Source of the DNA: Gemmatimonadota bacterium
Lineage (GTDB): Bacteria > Gemmatimonadota > Gemmatimonadetes > Gemmatimonadales > GWC2-71-9
Reading direction: 5' to 3'
Assembly (NCBI GenBank): GCA_022563595.1
Contig: JADFNB010000015.1
Location: 10,105 to 74,104 of the forward strand
Length of the DNA stretch: 64,000 nt
The notes beneath the pieces were generated by a model. It made no database searches and was not told the origin of the DNA. It saw only the letters and a program-made list of their open reading frames with translations. The position numbers and the translations under genes were made by a program. Below are positions 48,847-57,915 of the stretch, one piece after another; position 1 is the first letter of the stretch; each line of letters opens with the position of its first letter.

Positions 48847-49821
48847 TCAGTTCCCCCGGATCTTCCTGATCTCCTCGGTGAGACGCGGAACGATCTCGAA
48901 CAAATCGCCGACGATGCCGTAGTCGGCGACCTTGAAGATCGGCGCGTCCTTGTCCCTGTTGATGGCGACGATGACCTTCGCGGTTCGCATACCCGCGAGA
49001 TGCTGAATAGCTCCCGAGATACCGACGGCGACGTACAGGCTCGGGCTGATCGTCTTCCCGGTCTGCCCCACCTGCTCCGAATGCGGCCGCCAGCCGGCGT
49101 CCACCACCGCCCGCGAAGCGCCGACAGCCGCGTTGCCGAACGCCGCCGCCAGATCCTCGATGAGCGTGAAGTTCTCGGGCTCCCTGAGTCCACGGCCTCC
49201 ACTCACCACGACCGGCGCCTCTGACACATCGAGCGCTGCGCTGTCCGGCTCCTTCACGCGCACCGTGCGCTCATTGGCCACGGGATCCCGCGATAGCGCA
49301 ACCCGTTCGACCGCTCCCGCCCGCGGCGATTCCGCCGGAGCGAAATTATTGGGCCGCACGGTGATCACACAGGGAGTGCCGCTGATCCTGAGCCGGTAGA
49401 CAGCCTTGCCTGCGTACACCGGCCGCGAGACGACGATGCCGTCATCGTGCGCGATGGCCGTCACGTCGCTCGCGAACGGGCACAGGAGACGCGCGGCGAC
49501 CCGCGGGCCCAAGTCCTTGCCCAGCGCCGTAGCGCCGAGCAGAACGGCGTCGTAGTCGCCCTCGTTCACACGCGCGGCGACCGTCGCCAGATACGCCGAC
49601 GGCTGATACAGCTCGAGGCGTGCATCGAGTGTGGCGAACACCTTGTCGGCGCCGTAAACTCCGAGCCCGTCCGTGGACAGTGACTCCGGTCCCAGAACCA
49701 CGGCGTGCAACTCTCCGCCGACACTGTCCGCCAACTCCCGGCCCGCCGTGAGGACCTCGTGTGAGACACGTTTTAGGGTGCCGTCACGCTGCTCGAGAAC
49801 CACGAGGATGTTGGCCATCAC
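48847..49821 (-). CDS. etfA: Electron transfer flavoprotein alpha subunit
   Basis: VVSGGRG, ASRAVVDAGW, QVGQTGK, GISGAIQH.AGM and AIN.D..APIF. Confidence 0.97.
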   Translation of the reverse strand: MMANILVVLEQRDGTLKRVSHEVLTAGRELADSVGGELHAVVLGPESLSTDGLGVYGADKVFATLDARLELYQPSAYLATVAARVNEGDYDAVLLGATALGKDLGPRVAARLLCPFASDVTAIAHDDGIVVSRPVYAGKAVYRLRISGTPCVITVRPNNFAPAESPRAGAVERVALSRDPVANERTVRVKEPDSAALDVSEAPVVVSGGRGLREPENFTLIEDLAAAFGNAAVGASRAVVDAGWRPHSEQVGQTGKTISPSLYVAVGISGAIQHLAGMRTAKVIVAINRDKDAPIFKVADYGIVGDLFEIVPRLTEEIRKIRGN

Positions 49822-50570
49822 AGCACCTTCGCTTCCGACTGAAGCGCCTCTACCAGCGCAGGGACCGCGTCGGCGCCCTCGCCCACGATCCGCCCTTCCT
49901 GCCGCGCCGGTGGCAGTACGAGATCGAGCACCTCGATGCCGCCCGGGTCGAGTTCCACTGGCTTGACGTCGAGCGGTTTCTTCTTGGCCATCATGATGCC
50001 TTTGAGGGCCGGATACCGGGGCTCGTTGAGTCCCTTCTCCGCGGTCAGCACTGCCGGAAGAGTGAACTCGACTACCTCCACGCCACCCTCGATCTCGCGC
50101 TCGGCCGTTCCCTGCCCATCCGCCAGTTGGAGATGCGTGATCGCGCTCACCGACGGGATGCCGAGCAGCTCGGCAACCATCGTTCCCGTGGCATGAGCGT
50201 AGTCATCGATCGCCACTTTCCCGCAGAGGATCAGATCGAATCCGCCGTCGCGCAGCTCTGCGGCCAGCGCCTGCGCCGCGCCGAGCGGGTCGAGCGGCTG
50301 GGCGTCGGTCTCGAGGAGTATCCCGCGGTCCACGCCCATGGCGAGCGCGGCGCGAATCGTCTCTTGCACCGCCGCCGTACCGAGCGACACTACGACCACC
50401 TCTCCATCCCCGGCCGCCTCTTTCAGCTTGAGGGCTTGCTCGACTGCGTACTCGTCATAAGGGTTCAGAATGAATTTGATGCCGGACTCGTCGATTCCCT
50501 TCCCATCGGCACCAATCTTGATCCGGGCCTCGGAATCGGGCACACGCTTCACACAAACCGCGATCTTCAC
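49818..50570 (-). CDS. etfB: Electron transfer flavoprotein beta subunit
   Basis: CVKRVPD, NPYDEYAVE, ALAMG.D, GKVAID and NEPRY. Confidence 0.97.
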   Translation of the reverse strand: MKIAVCVKRVPDSEARIKIGADGKGIDESGIKFILNPYDEYAVEQALKLKEAAGDGEVVVVSLGTAAVQETIRAALAMGVDRGILLETDAQPLDPLGAAQALAAELRDGGFDLILCGKVAIDDYAHATGTMVAELLGIPSVSAITHLQLADGQGTAEREIEGGVEVVEFTLPAVLTAEKGLNEPRYPALKGIMMAKKKPLDVKPVELDPGGIEVLDLVLPPARQEGRIVGEGADAVPALVEALQSEAKVL

Positions 50571-50965
50571 CGTAACCTCTGGAATGACTTTGGCTTATCT
50601 GCCGCGCTGACAGCCGGTTGAAACGCCGGAAGGTACTCTGGCGGTGGGGACGTCGCAACGTCAGGGGACGGCAAGCCGCACCCGGTGACGATCACTACTG
50701 GGTGGCGATACCAGCAGAAGCGCTCCGCGATGCCGCCCGGTGGCATCGCGTTTACCGCGCATCACACAGCGTGCCTATTCGGCTTCCCGACAACCCTATC
50801 TCACCACTCACCGTATGGCCGCGAGCCGGAACACCCGGCCCGGGCTTGCGAGGACGTACATCTCCCCGCGGCCGCGCACACCAAGAGAGAAGAGGGAACC
50901 CTCATGGCACCCTCACAAACTCGTCGCCCGCCATCGATTTGATGCCGCTCGCCCGTCCGGGCCCT

Positions 50966-51448
50966 TTACTGCGTCGCTCGTGGGTGACCCATCTGCCGCA
51001 CTGCATCGAACTCCGACTTCGTCACTGGCTGGATCGAAAGCCGGGCCCCGCGCTGCGTCACCATCATGTTCTTCAGCGCTCTGGTGGCCTTCAACTCCGC
51101 GAGTGAGACTACACGCATGAACTTCTCTACCAACCGGATGTCCACCGCGTACCACCTGGGATCACTCTCGGTGGACTTGGGGTCGTGGTACTTATGCCCC
51201 CTCTTGAACTGGTACGGGTCCGGATATCCGTCTCGCACCACCTGCGCGATCCCCACGACCCCCGACGGGTCGGCGTTCGAGGCATAGAACAGCACCCCGT
51301 CGCCGACCTTGATCTCGTCACGCAGGTAATTGCGTGCCTTGTAGTTCCGGACACCCTCCCAGGTCGTCGTTCGATCGCGCTCCAGCTGGTCGATCGTATA
51401 CGCCGCCGGCTCGACCTTCATGAGCCAGTAGCATGTGGCTCGCGACAT
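50966..51448 (-). CDS. EVE domain protein
   Basis: YWLMK.EP, WEGVRNY.ARN, FYAS, DPKS....PRW and RLSIQPV. Confidence 0.94.
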   Translation of the reverse strand: MSRATCYWLMKVEPAAYTIDQLERDRTTTWEGVRNYKARNYLRDEIKVGDGVLFYASNADPSGVVGIAQVVRDGYPDPYQFKRGHKYHDPKSTESDPRWYAVDIRLVEKFMRVVSLAELKATRALKNMMVTQRGARLSIQPVTKSEFDAVRQMGHPRATQ

Positions 51449-51459
51449 CGCAGTTTCCT

Positions 51460-51487
51460 TCTCCCGTTTCCCGCGTCCCGTCTCCCG
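51460..51487. repeat. Heptamer tandem repeat (4 units)
   Basis: TCTCCCG TTTCCCG CGTCCCG TCTCCCG in the spacer between the acyl-CoA dehydrogenase and EVE genes. Confidence 0.6.
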
Positions 51488-51489
51488 CC

Positions 51490-52674
51490 TCACTCACCAA
51501 ACGCGTTCAATCCCGTGGCCCACTGCCCGAGGATCAAGGTATGGACATCATGGGTTCCTTCGTACGTATACACGCTCTCGAGGTTGACCATGTGCCGCAT
51601 CGCCTGGTACTCGACGAGGATGCCATTCGCGCCAAGAAGCCGCCGCGTCTCGCGCGCACACTCGGTGGCCATGTTCACGTTGTTCCGCTTAGCGAGGGAC
51701 ACCTGCTGGGGTGTCACCTTGCCCTGATCCTTGAGCCGGCCGAGTTGGATGTTCAACAACTGCGCCTTCGTGATCTCGGTCAGCATCTCGGCGAGGCGTG
51801 CCTGCTGCAGCTGGAACCCGCCGATCGGGCGGCCGAACTGTATCCGGTTCCGGGCATAGCTGAGCGCTTCGTCATAGCAGGCCGTCGCCGCGCCCACAGC
51901 ACCCCAGGCAATTCCGTAGCGCGCCTGATTGAGACACATCAGAGGGCTCTTGAGACCCGAAGTGTTGGGCAATAGCGCGTCTTTGGGCACACGGACGTCC
52001 TCGAGCACCAGTTCACTCGTATCGCTCGCGCGCAGGCTGAGCTTGCCTTTCTGATCCTTCGCGGAGAACCCATCGGTGTCGGTGGGCACGATGAATCCCC
52101 GGATCGATCCTTGGTCGTCGAGCCTACCGGTCTTGGCCCATACAATCGCCACGTCGGCCATGGATCCGCTGGTGATCCACATCTTGGCGCCGTTGAGCAG
52201 CCAGCCGTCGTCGGTCTCACGCGCGGTGGTGATCAGGCCTCCCGGATCCGAGCCGAAGTCCGGTTCGGTGAGACCAAAGCAGCCTATCAGCTCCCCGGTC
52301 GCGAGCTTCGGCAGCCAGTGCTTGCGCTGCTCCTCGCTGCCGAACGTGTAGATGGGATACATCACCAGCGCGCCCTGCACCGAGGCGAAGGAACGGATGC
52401 CGGAGTCGCCGCGCTCGAGTTCCTGCATGATCAGGCCGTAGGCGACGTTGTTCAGGCCGGCACAACCGTATTCCTCCGGGAGGTTTGCTCCGTAGAGCCC
52501 CAACTCGCCCATAACGGGAACCAACTTCTTGGGAAACCTCCCCTCTATGTAGCACTCGTTGATGATCGGCATCACCTCGTCGTCCACGAACCGGCGAACC
52601 GTATCGCGGACGGCGCGCTCCTCCTCGGAGAGAAGCAGGTCGGTCTCGTAAAAATCCACGCCTTCGAACGGCAC
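51490..52674 (-). CDS. Acyl-CoA dehydrogenase, glutaryl-CoA dehydrogenase-like
   Basis: ELERGDSG.RS, GCFGLTEPD.GSDP, LNGAKMWIT, ARYGIAWG and YTYEGTHD.H.L. Confidence 0.9.
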   Translation of the reverse strand: MPFEGVDFYETDLLLSEEERAVRDTVRRFVDDEVMPIINECYIEGRFPKKLVPVMGELGLYGANLPEEYGCAGLNNVAYGLIMQELERGDSGIRSFASVQGALVMYPIYTFGSEEQRKHWLPKLATGELIGCFGLTEPDFGSDPGGLITTARETDDGWLLNGAKMWITSGSMADVAIVWAKTGRLDDQGSIRGFIVPTDTDGFSAKDQKGKLSLRASDTSELVLEDVRVPKDALLPNTSGLKSPLMCLNQARYGIAWGAVGAATACYDEALSYARNRIQFGRPIGGFQLQQARLAEMLTEITKAQLLNIQLGRLKDQGKVTPQQVSLAKRNNVNMATECARETRRLLGANGILVEYQAMRHMVNLESVYTYEGTHDVHTLILGQWATGLNAFGE

Positions 52675-53402
52675 TAGTCCTCCGTCGGCTGAAATCCACT
52701 CAGAACGAGCGCCGGCAGGACATCCCGGCGCGCCGCCGGCTCGATCCCGACCTCAAGGGCTTTCTCCTGAAAGGTCGGACCATGGTCCACGGGCAGGCCC
52801 ATCTGCGCCTGCCACTGGTGAACCATCTCGTGCAACACCGTTTTCTCCACCTCGTACCAGTCGTCCCGCTCGAGGTGGCGACGACTCACGCTGATCTCCA
52901 CTACCCGATCTGTGTGCTCCTCGAGCGTGACCTCTCCGAGCTGCGTGCGCATGCGATCGGAGATCCGGAAGGGAAGGTCCGCGAGCTCCCCGCGGAAGTA
53001 CCGCTCGTTGAGCTTCCGGTGCAGCTGCGCGAGTGCCGCCAGCAGTCTCCGATCGCCACGTCTCGCCGGTCCGGCTCTCTTGCGCCGCGTCAACTGGTGT
53101 GTCACATACCGCTGTACCGGGAAGGCCAATACGGCCTCTTCCGCCTCCCGGCGTTCCCCGCTCGGCGTCTCGGGAGCCAGGAACGCCACGACAGCACGCA
53201 GGATTCGATCGGGTGCATAGGCATATCCACGATGGATTCGCAGCACGCTCCGTGACACGCTCACCATCACCGTGCGATTCTGATGAAGCTGCATCTCCCG
53301 CACGCCCCGCAATCCGAGCGTCGTCAACCGTTCGGTCAACAGCGCGTGATCCGCCAGCCGCGCCTCTTCAGCTCTTCTGTGCGCTGATCTCTTCGACGTC
53401 AC
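52674..53402 (-). CDS. SprT-like metalloprotease domain protein (start uncertain)
   Basis: LNERYF.GEL, RM...LG, LHEMVHQ and DHG..F. Confidence 0.85.
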   Translation of the reverse strand: MTSKRSAHRRAEEARLADHALLTERLTTLGLRGVREMQLHQNRTVMVSVSRSVLRIHRGYAYAPDRILRAVVAFLAPETPSGERREAEEAVLAFPVQRYVTHQLTRRKRAGPARRGDRRLLAALAQLHRKLNERYFRGELADLPFRISDRMRTQLGEVTLEEHTDRVVEISVSRRHLERDDWYEVEKTVLHEMVHQWQAQMGLPVDHGPTFQEKALEVGIEPAARRDVLPALVLSGFQPTED

Positions 53403-54234
53403 GGGCCGGGTTACGTTTGAGCGTTCGCGCGAACTGAAACCGGTCGGAGCGCTTGAAGACCCTGTGCTCGGGCGCCCATCTGTAATACTCCACGTGGATA
53501 GCGTCCTCTTCGACGACGACCCGGCTGAACACGGGTGGGCGCCCGCCGCGAGTGCGCGTCGACAGCGTCCCCGTACATGCAATGACGACGCCGTGCAGAT
53601 CATCGGTCAACTCCTGGTGGTCGTGACCGCAGAGGACGATCTCGGGTCCCGCGTCCACAATCTCCCGCTGGGCCTGCTTCCAACGCGCGAGTCCCATGCG
53701 TTGTGAAAGCTCGCCACGAAGCACGTTGTGATGAAGTACCAGTATGCGAACCTGATCGGGACGGGCATGCGCGAACACGGCCTTCGCCCGCAGCACCTCC
53801 TTCTTCGGGAGGTGTCCTTTGATTGCGATGTCCCGCAGGCGCGGCGTGAGCGATCCCCACGTCACGCCGTGCGAGGTCAAGACTCCGGTGATGACGGCGT
53901 CCGGTAGATCGAACGTAGGAGTGAGCTGCGGCCCGAAGTACTGCCGGTACTTCTCGTATTTCCTGCCCGACCCGAACGGTAGGAACGGTCGCCACCACCA
54001 CTGGACATCGTGGTTCCCCGGCAGGATAAAGACGGGGGCCGTCCGCTCGAGTTCGCGGACCAAGGCCCGCGCGCGGAGGAACTCGCCGTGCCGCGCCCGC
54101 TGCGTGATGTCTCCGGCGATCACGATCGCTTCGGGCTCGAGATCCGGGAGGAGCGCTTCCACAGCCTCGATCTGCGCCACGTCGGCGACGCCGCCGAAGT
54201 GGAGGTCGGCGAGGTGAATGATGCTAAAGCTCAT
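53368..54234 (-). CDS. Calcineurin-like metallophosphoesterase (CpdA-like)
   Basis: DLHFG, GDIT, PGNHD, HH and GHDH. Confidence 0.92.
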   Translation of the reverse strand: MSFSIIHLADLHFGGVADVAQIEAVEALLPDLEPEAIVIAGDITQRARHGEFLRARALVRELERTAPVFILPGNHDVQWWWRPFLPFGSGRKYEKYRQYFGPQLTPTFDLPDAVITGVLTSHGVTWGSLTPRLRDIAIKGHLPKKEVLRAKAVFAHARPDQVRILVLHHNVLRGELSQRMGLARWKQAQREIVDAGPEIVLCGHDHQELTDDLHGVVIACTGTLSTRTRGGRPPVFSRVVVEEDAIHVEYYRWAPEHRVFKRSDRFQFARTLKRNPARDVEEISAQKS

Positions 54235-54243
54235 GGCGAACTC

Positions 54244-54516
54244 TCAACGGAGGAACCAGGCACGCGCGACGCGCAGTACTATCTGACGGCTCAGCACGTA
54301 CCACATCACCACCGACATCGCACCCACCATGCGGGTGGTGGGATCTGGTGGAAGTCGCAGCAGGACGTTGACGCCGAATACGAGAGCGGTGAGAAGGCTC
54401 ACCCATCGCGCCACGCGTCGGGCCCGGCGACGTATGTCGCTCTCGCACTCCCCGCAGAGCTGTCCCAGGGACAGGTCCACCTCCCGGTAGCAGCGCGGGC
54501 ATTGGCGTTCACGCAA
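54244..54516 (-). CDS. Small zinc-ribbon membrane protein
   Basis: TTG start overlaps the upstream stop; CPRC-x10-CGEC, then two TM helices. It fills the gap in the operon. Confidence 0.65.
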   Translation of the reverse strand: MRERQCPRCYREVDLSLGQLCGECESDIRRRARRVARWVSLLTALVFGVNVLLRLPPDPTTRMVGAMSVVMWYVLSRQIVLRVARAWFLR

Positions 54517-55525
54517 GCCGCCGAATGACGGCGTCTGTGAACTTCGTAGTCGTAGCATCGCCGTGAAGGTCCGGTGTGCGAACCGAATCCTGGATCAACG
54601 TATCTGCGATCGCTGCGCGGATACGCGAGGCGTTCTCCTCATCACCAAGATAATCGAGCATCATACAGGCCCCCAACAGGAAAGCCGTCGGATTGGCGAC
54701 ACCCTTCCCGGCGATGTCAGGAGCGGAGCCGTGCATCGCCTCGAAGAGCGCCGCGTTCTTTCCGATGTTGGCTCCGGGGACGAGCCCCAGGCCACCGACG
54801 AGTCCCGCGATCTCGTCGCTCAAGATATCGCCAAACATGTTCGTCGTGACGATCACGTCGAACTGCTGCGGATCCAGAACGAGCCTCATCGCGCATGCAT
54901 CGATGATGACGTCATTCACCTCCACTTTGCCGCGATATCCCTCCGACACCTCGCGCGCGACGTCCAGAAACAGGCCGCTCACGGCCTTCAGGATGTTGGC
55001 CTTGTGCGCGACCGTGACGAGCTTGCGCCCGTTGGTAACGGCGTATTCCAGCGCGAACCGGATGATTCGCTCGCATCCTTTCCGCGTGGTGATCGCCGTG
55101 GCCTGGGCGACGGCACGCGGATCCCCTTCGATGGCGATGAACGTCTCGTAACCGATGTAGAGCCCTTCGGTGTTCTCGCGAATCAAGACCAGATCCACGT
55201 CTTCGTAGCGACCTCCCGGAATGATCGTTCGCGCCGGTCGGATGTTCGCGTAGAGGTCGAACTCCCGGCGCAGCGCCACATTGACCGACCGGAACCCTTC
55301 GCCGACCGGAGTGGTGAGCGGTCCCTTCAACACGACCCGGTTCTTGCGCACGCTCTCCAGCGTCGCGTCGGGCAGCGGGTCGCCCGCCTCTTCCAGCGCC
55401 GCCATCCCGCCGAGTTGGCGATCCCACTCGATACATACGCCGGCGGCATCGAGCACCCGCAGCGTGGCCTCGGTGATCTCCGGACCGATCCCGTCGCCGG
55501 GTATGAGGGTCACCACGGGCGTCAC
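54509..55525 (-). CDS. Isocitrate/isopropylmalate dehydrogenase family (NAD-IDH-like)
   Basis: PGDGIGPE, KGPLTTP, RENTEG.Y, HKANI, NMFGDILSD and HGSAPDIAG. Confidence 0.93.
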   Translation of the reverse strand: MTPVVTLIPGDGIGPEITEATLRVLDAAGVCIEWDRQLGGMAALEEAGDPLPDATLESVRKNRVVLKGPLTTPVGEGFRSVNVALRREFDLYANIRPARTIIPGGRYEDVDLVLIRENTEGLYIGYETFIAIEGDPRAVAQATAITTRKGCERIIRFALEYAVTNGRKLVTVAHKANILKAVSGLFLDVAREVSEGYRGKVEVNDVIIDACAMRLVLDPQQFDVIVTTNMFGDILSDEIAGLVGGLGLVPGANIGKNAALFEAMHGSAPDIAGKGVANPTAFLLGACMMLDYLGDEENASRIRAAIADTLIQDSVRTPDLHGDATTTKFTDAVIRRLA

Positions 55526-56148
55526 GGCAGTCCCGGTGTCAGCGTCTTGAGGGCATCACGCAGAGCCGACCACGGATCGTCACCATCGGCGTGTGCGACC
55601 GTGCGCCAGCCCACCAGGCCAGTTCGCACATCGGCGATCACGAGCGTCAATTCCGCGCGGCCTCTTCCCTCGTCGGTGACCGTGAAAACGAGACTCGCCG
55701 GCACCAGCGCGTAGCGTCCGCCGGCGACGCCGGTGAGGCCGCGCATCTGGCTGCGCAGCGGATCGGGGATCCGGCTGGCGTTGGGAAACCGAAGCAACGC
55801 CGTTCCCATCTGGTCGGGCTGCGCCAGCAGGCCGGGTGCCCGCCGGGCCGCTCGTCGCAGCTCGTCCGGCAGGATCCAGATAACTTCGGGCGAGCGCTCC
55901 TCGAGAAGCTCCGCAATGATACTGTCGGCTCGAGCGAGCGCTTCCCGCCGCGGCGTGAGCCGGGACGCCCACCCCAGGGTTTCGTCCGCGGACAGGAGGG
56001 TCAGGGGGTAGACCGTCACCTCCTGGCCCGCGATCCCACCCGTCGGGAGGGGCGCCGCCGGAGCGGGAACGGTCACGGCCGGCTGAGAGCCTCCGCAGCC
56101 GGCCGTGACACCTGCGAACGCGAGAAGCGCGATCAGCCGTCGCGCCAC
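55522..56148 (-). CDS. Hypothetical lipoprotein
   Basis: Lipobox TAG-C after a hydrophobic stretch; overlaps both neighbours. Confidence 0.7.
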   Translation of the reverse strand: MARRLIALLAFAGVTAGCGGSQPAVTVPAPAAPLPTGGIAGQEVTVYPLTLLSADETLGWASRLTPRREALARADSIIAELLEERSPEVIWILPDELRRAARRAPGLLAQPDQMGTALLRFPNASRIPDPLRSQMRGLTGVAGGRYALVPASLVFTVTDEGRGRAELTLVIADVRTGLVGWRTVAHADGDDPWSALRDALKTLTPGLP

Positions 56149-56906
56149 TGCGGTGTCCGTTTCTCGAGCAATGCCGCGTTGCCTTCGTGCGGGTCGGAGA
56201 GCATCATGAGGTCGCGGAGATAGAGGTTCTCCACCTTGTAGAGCGCCTCCTCGTACGTCGCATAGTACGATTCGGTCTGCGCACGGCGGGCGATTTGCAG
56301 GACCGGTCCGGAGCTGGCCGTCAATCTCGCGATGACCTGCTCGAGCCCCTCTGCGAATTCGCCATCCGGGAACACCCTGTTGACGAGTCCGTAGGAGGCC
56401 AGCTCCTGCGCCGTGATTTCATCGCCGAGCAGAATCCATTCCATCGCTTTGCGCCGCGGGGCCGCGCGCGGAAGTATCACGGACGCTACCGGCGGGAAGA
56501 TGCCCTGCCGCACCTGTGGGAGCACGAACCGGGCCGACTCGCTGGCGACGACCATGTTGCACCCGATCGCCAGCTCGAAGCCACTCCCGGTGGCCACCCC
56601 GTCGACTGCCGCCACGGAAACGACATCGAGCAGCCGGATCGTCTCGAAGATCCGGTGGAACACCTGAAGCATCCGGTTGACCCTGTCGCGGGAGTGCTCG
56701 CGGACATCAACCCCGCCGCAGAAGGCCTCACCCCGACCCTGAAGCACCAATACCTTGAGCCCGTCCTGCCGGCGCAGACTCAGGAGCGCTTCGTTTATCT
56801 CCTCCATCATCTCGATGGTCATGACGTTGAGCGGCGGCCGGTCCAGCGTGAGTCGCGCGACCTGGCCGTCGTGAGTCAGTTCCGAGATCAGAAATTCACC
56901 GCTCAC
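56133..56906 (-). CDS. Enoyl-CoA hydratase/isomerase, dienoyl-CoA hydratase (Dch/BamR)-like
   Basis: RPPLNV, FCGGVDV.EH, GSGFELA, GIFPP and ENLYL.DLM...D..EG...LEKR.P.W. Confidence 0.85.
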   Translation of the reverse strand: MSGEFLISELTHDGQVARLTLDRPPLNVMTIEMMEEINEALLSLRRQDGLKVLVLQGRGEAFCGGVDVREHSRDRVNRMLQVFHRIFETIRLLDVVSVAAVDGVATGSGFELAIGCNMVVASESARFVLPQVRQGIFPPVASVILPRAAPRRKAMEWILLGDEITAQELASYGLVNRVFPDGEFAEGLEQVIARLTASSGPVLQIARRAQTESYYATYEEALYKVENLYLRDLMMLSDPHEGNAALLEKRTPQWRDG

Positions 56907-56962
56907 GGACGCTCCTTACAGCATGATTTGGACACCGGACATCGAGGGGGACGGGATACCCG

Positions 56963-57718
56963 TCAGGTGATGCTCAGCCCACCATCCACAAAGATAACCT
57001 GTCCGGTGATGTGCCGGGCCTCCGGCGTACAGAGGAACACCACGACGTTGGCAACGTCTTCTGGCTCGGCGAGACGTCCCAGGACCGAATCTTTCTTGGC
57101 ACGCTCGATTACGTCCTCGGGCAGCGTCTCGAGCAGCTCGGTCCTGACGTAGCCGGGCGCTACGGCGTTGACCGTCACGTTGGAGGGACCGAGTTCCACC
57201 GCCGCCGACCGGGTGAGCCCGATCAGCGCAGCCTTACTGGCGGCGTATGCGGACACCCCGAAGCTGGGTTGGAACGCCTGGATCGACGCGATATTCACTA
57301 TCCGGCCGCCGTGCTGCTCGCGGAAGATCGCGGCCACCGCCTGGGTACAGTGGAACGCTCCCGTGATGTTGGTATCCATCACGTCCCGCCATGCATCCGA
57401 GCCGAGTCGCCACAACGCCCCGTCCCGCGCGATCCCGGCGTTGTTCACCAGATACCGAACGCTGCCCAACTCAGCCTGGACGGTGGCGACGAACTGGCGC
57501 ACTGCATCCTGGTCGCGCACGTCGCACCGGTCCGCGTATACGGATACGCCGTGAGCGCGCAGCGCGGTCTCGGTGAGCAGCGCCTGCTCCGCGATGCCGC
57601 GGCCGGGGAGATCGATGTAGTTGAAGGCGACGTTGGCGCCCCGCCGGGCAAACTCCAGCCCGATCGCCCGCCCGATTCCGCTGGCTCCACCCGTGATGAT
57701 GACGGTGTTGCCCCGCAC
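56963..57718 (-). CDS. SDR oxidoreductase (FabG-like)
   Basis: TGGASGIG, NNAGI, YAASK, NAVAPG and ITGQ...VDGG. Confidence 0.93.
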   Translation of the reverse strand: MRGNTVIITGGASGIGRAIGLEFARRGANVAFNYIDLPGRGIAEQALLTETALRAHGVSVYADRCDVRDQDAVRQFVATVQAELGSVRYLVNNAGIARDGALWRLGSDAWRDVMDTNITGAFHCTQAVAAIFREQHGGRIVNIASIQAFQPSFGVSAYAASKAALIGLTRSAAVELGPSNVTVNAVAPGYVRTELLETLPEDVIERAKKDSVLGRLAEPEDVANVVVFLCTPEARHITGQVIFVDGGLSIT

Positions 57719-57915
57719 TTCCTCGTGGGAGGTGGGGTCTTGCTGTTCCTGTGGAACGGGGGCAAGCGTCGCTCCGGAATCGAGCGAGGAACGTCCGCTC
57801 GCTAGCCAACCCGAGTCATGAGGCGCAAAGGGAATGGTGACCGCCAGTTAGCAGAGGTGAGAACGTATGCCCTCGGGAGCCGCACGGCAATGGGCAGGGC
57901 AAGATAACCCTCCGC

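Noticed and set aside
50619..50644. TGAAAC in the etfB upstream spacer
   Set aside because: No CGT at the 16-nt spacing.
50966..53402. EVE and SprT genes as an anti-phage module
   Set aside because: They are separated by an acyl-CoA dehydrogenase inside a metabolic run, with no nuclease or other effector attached.
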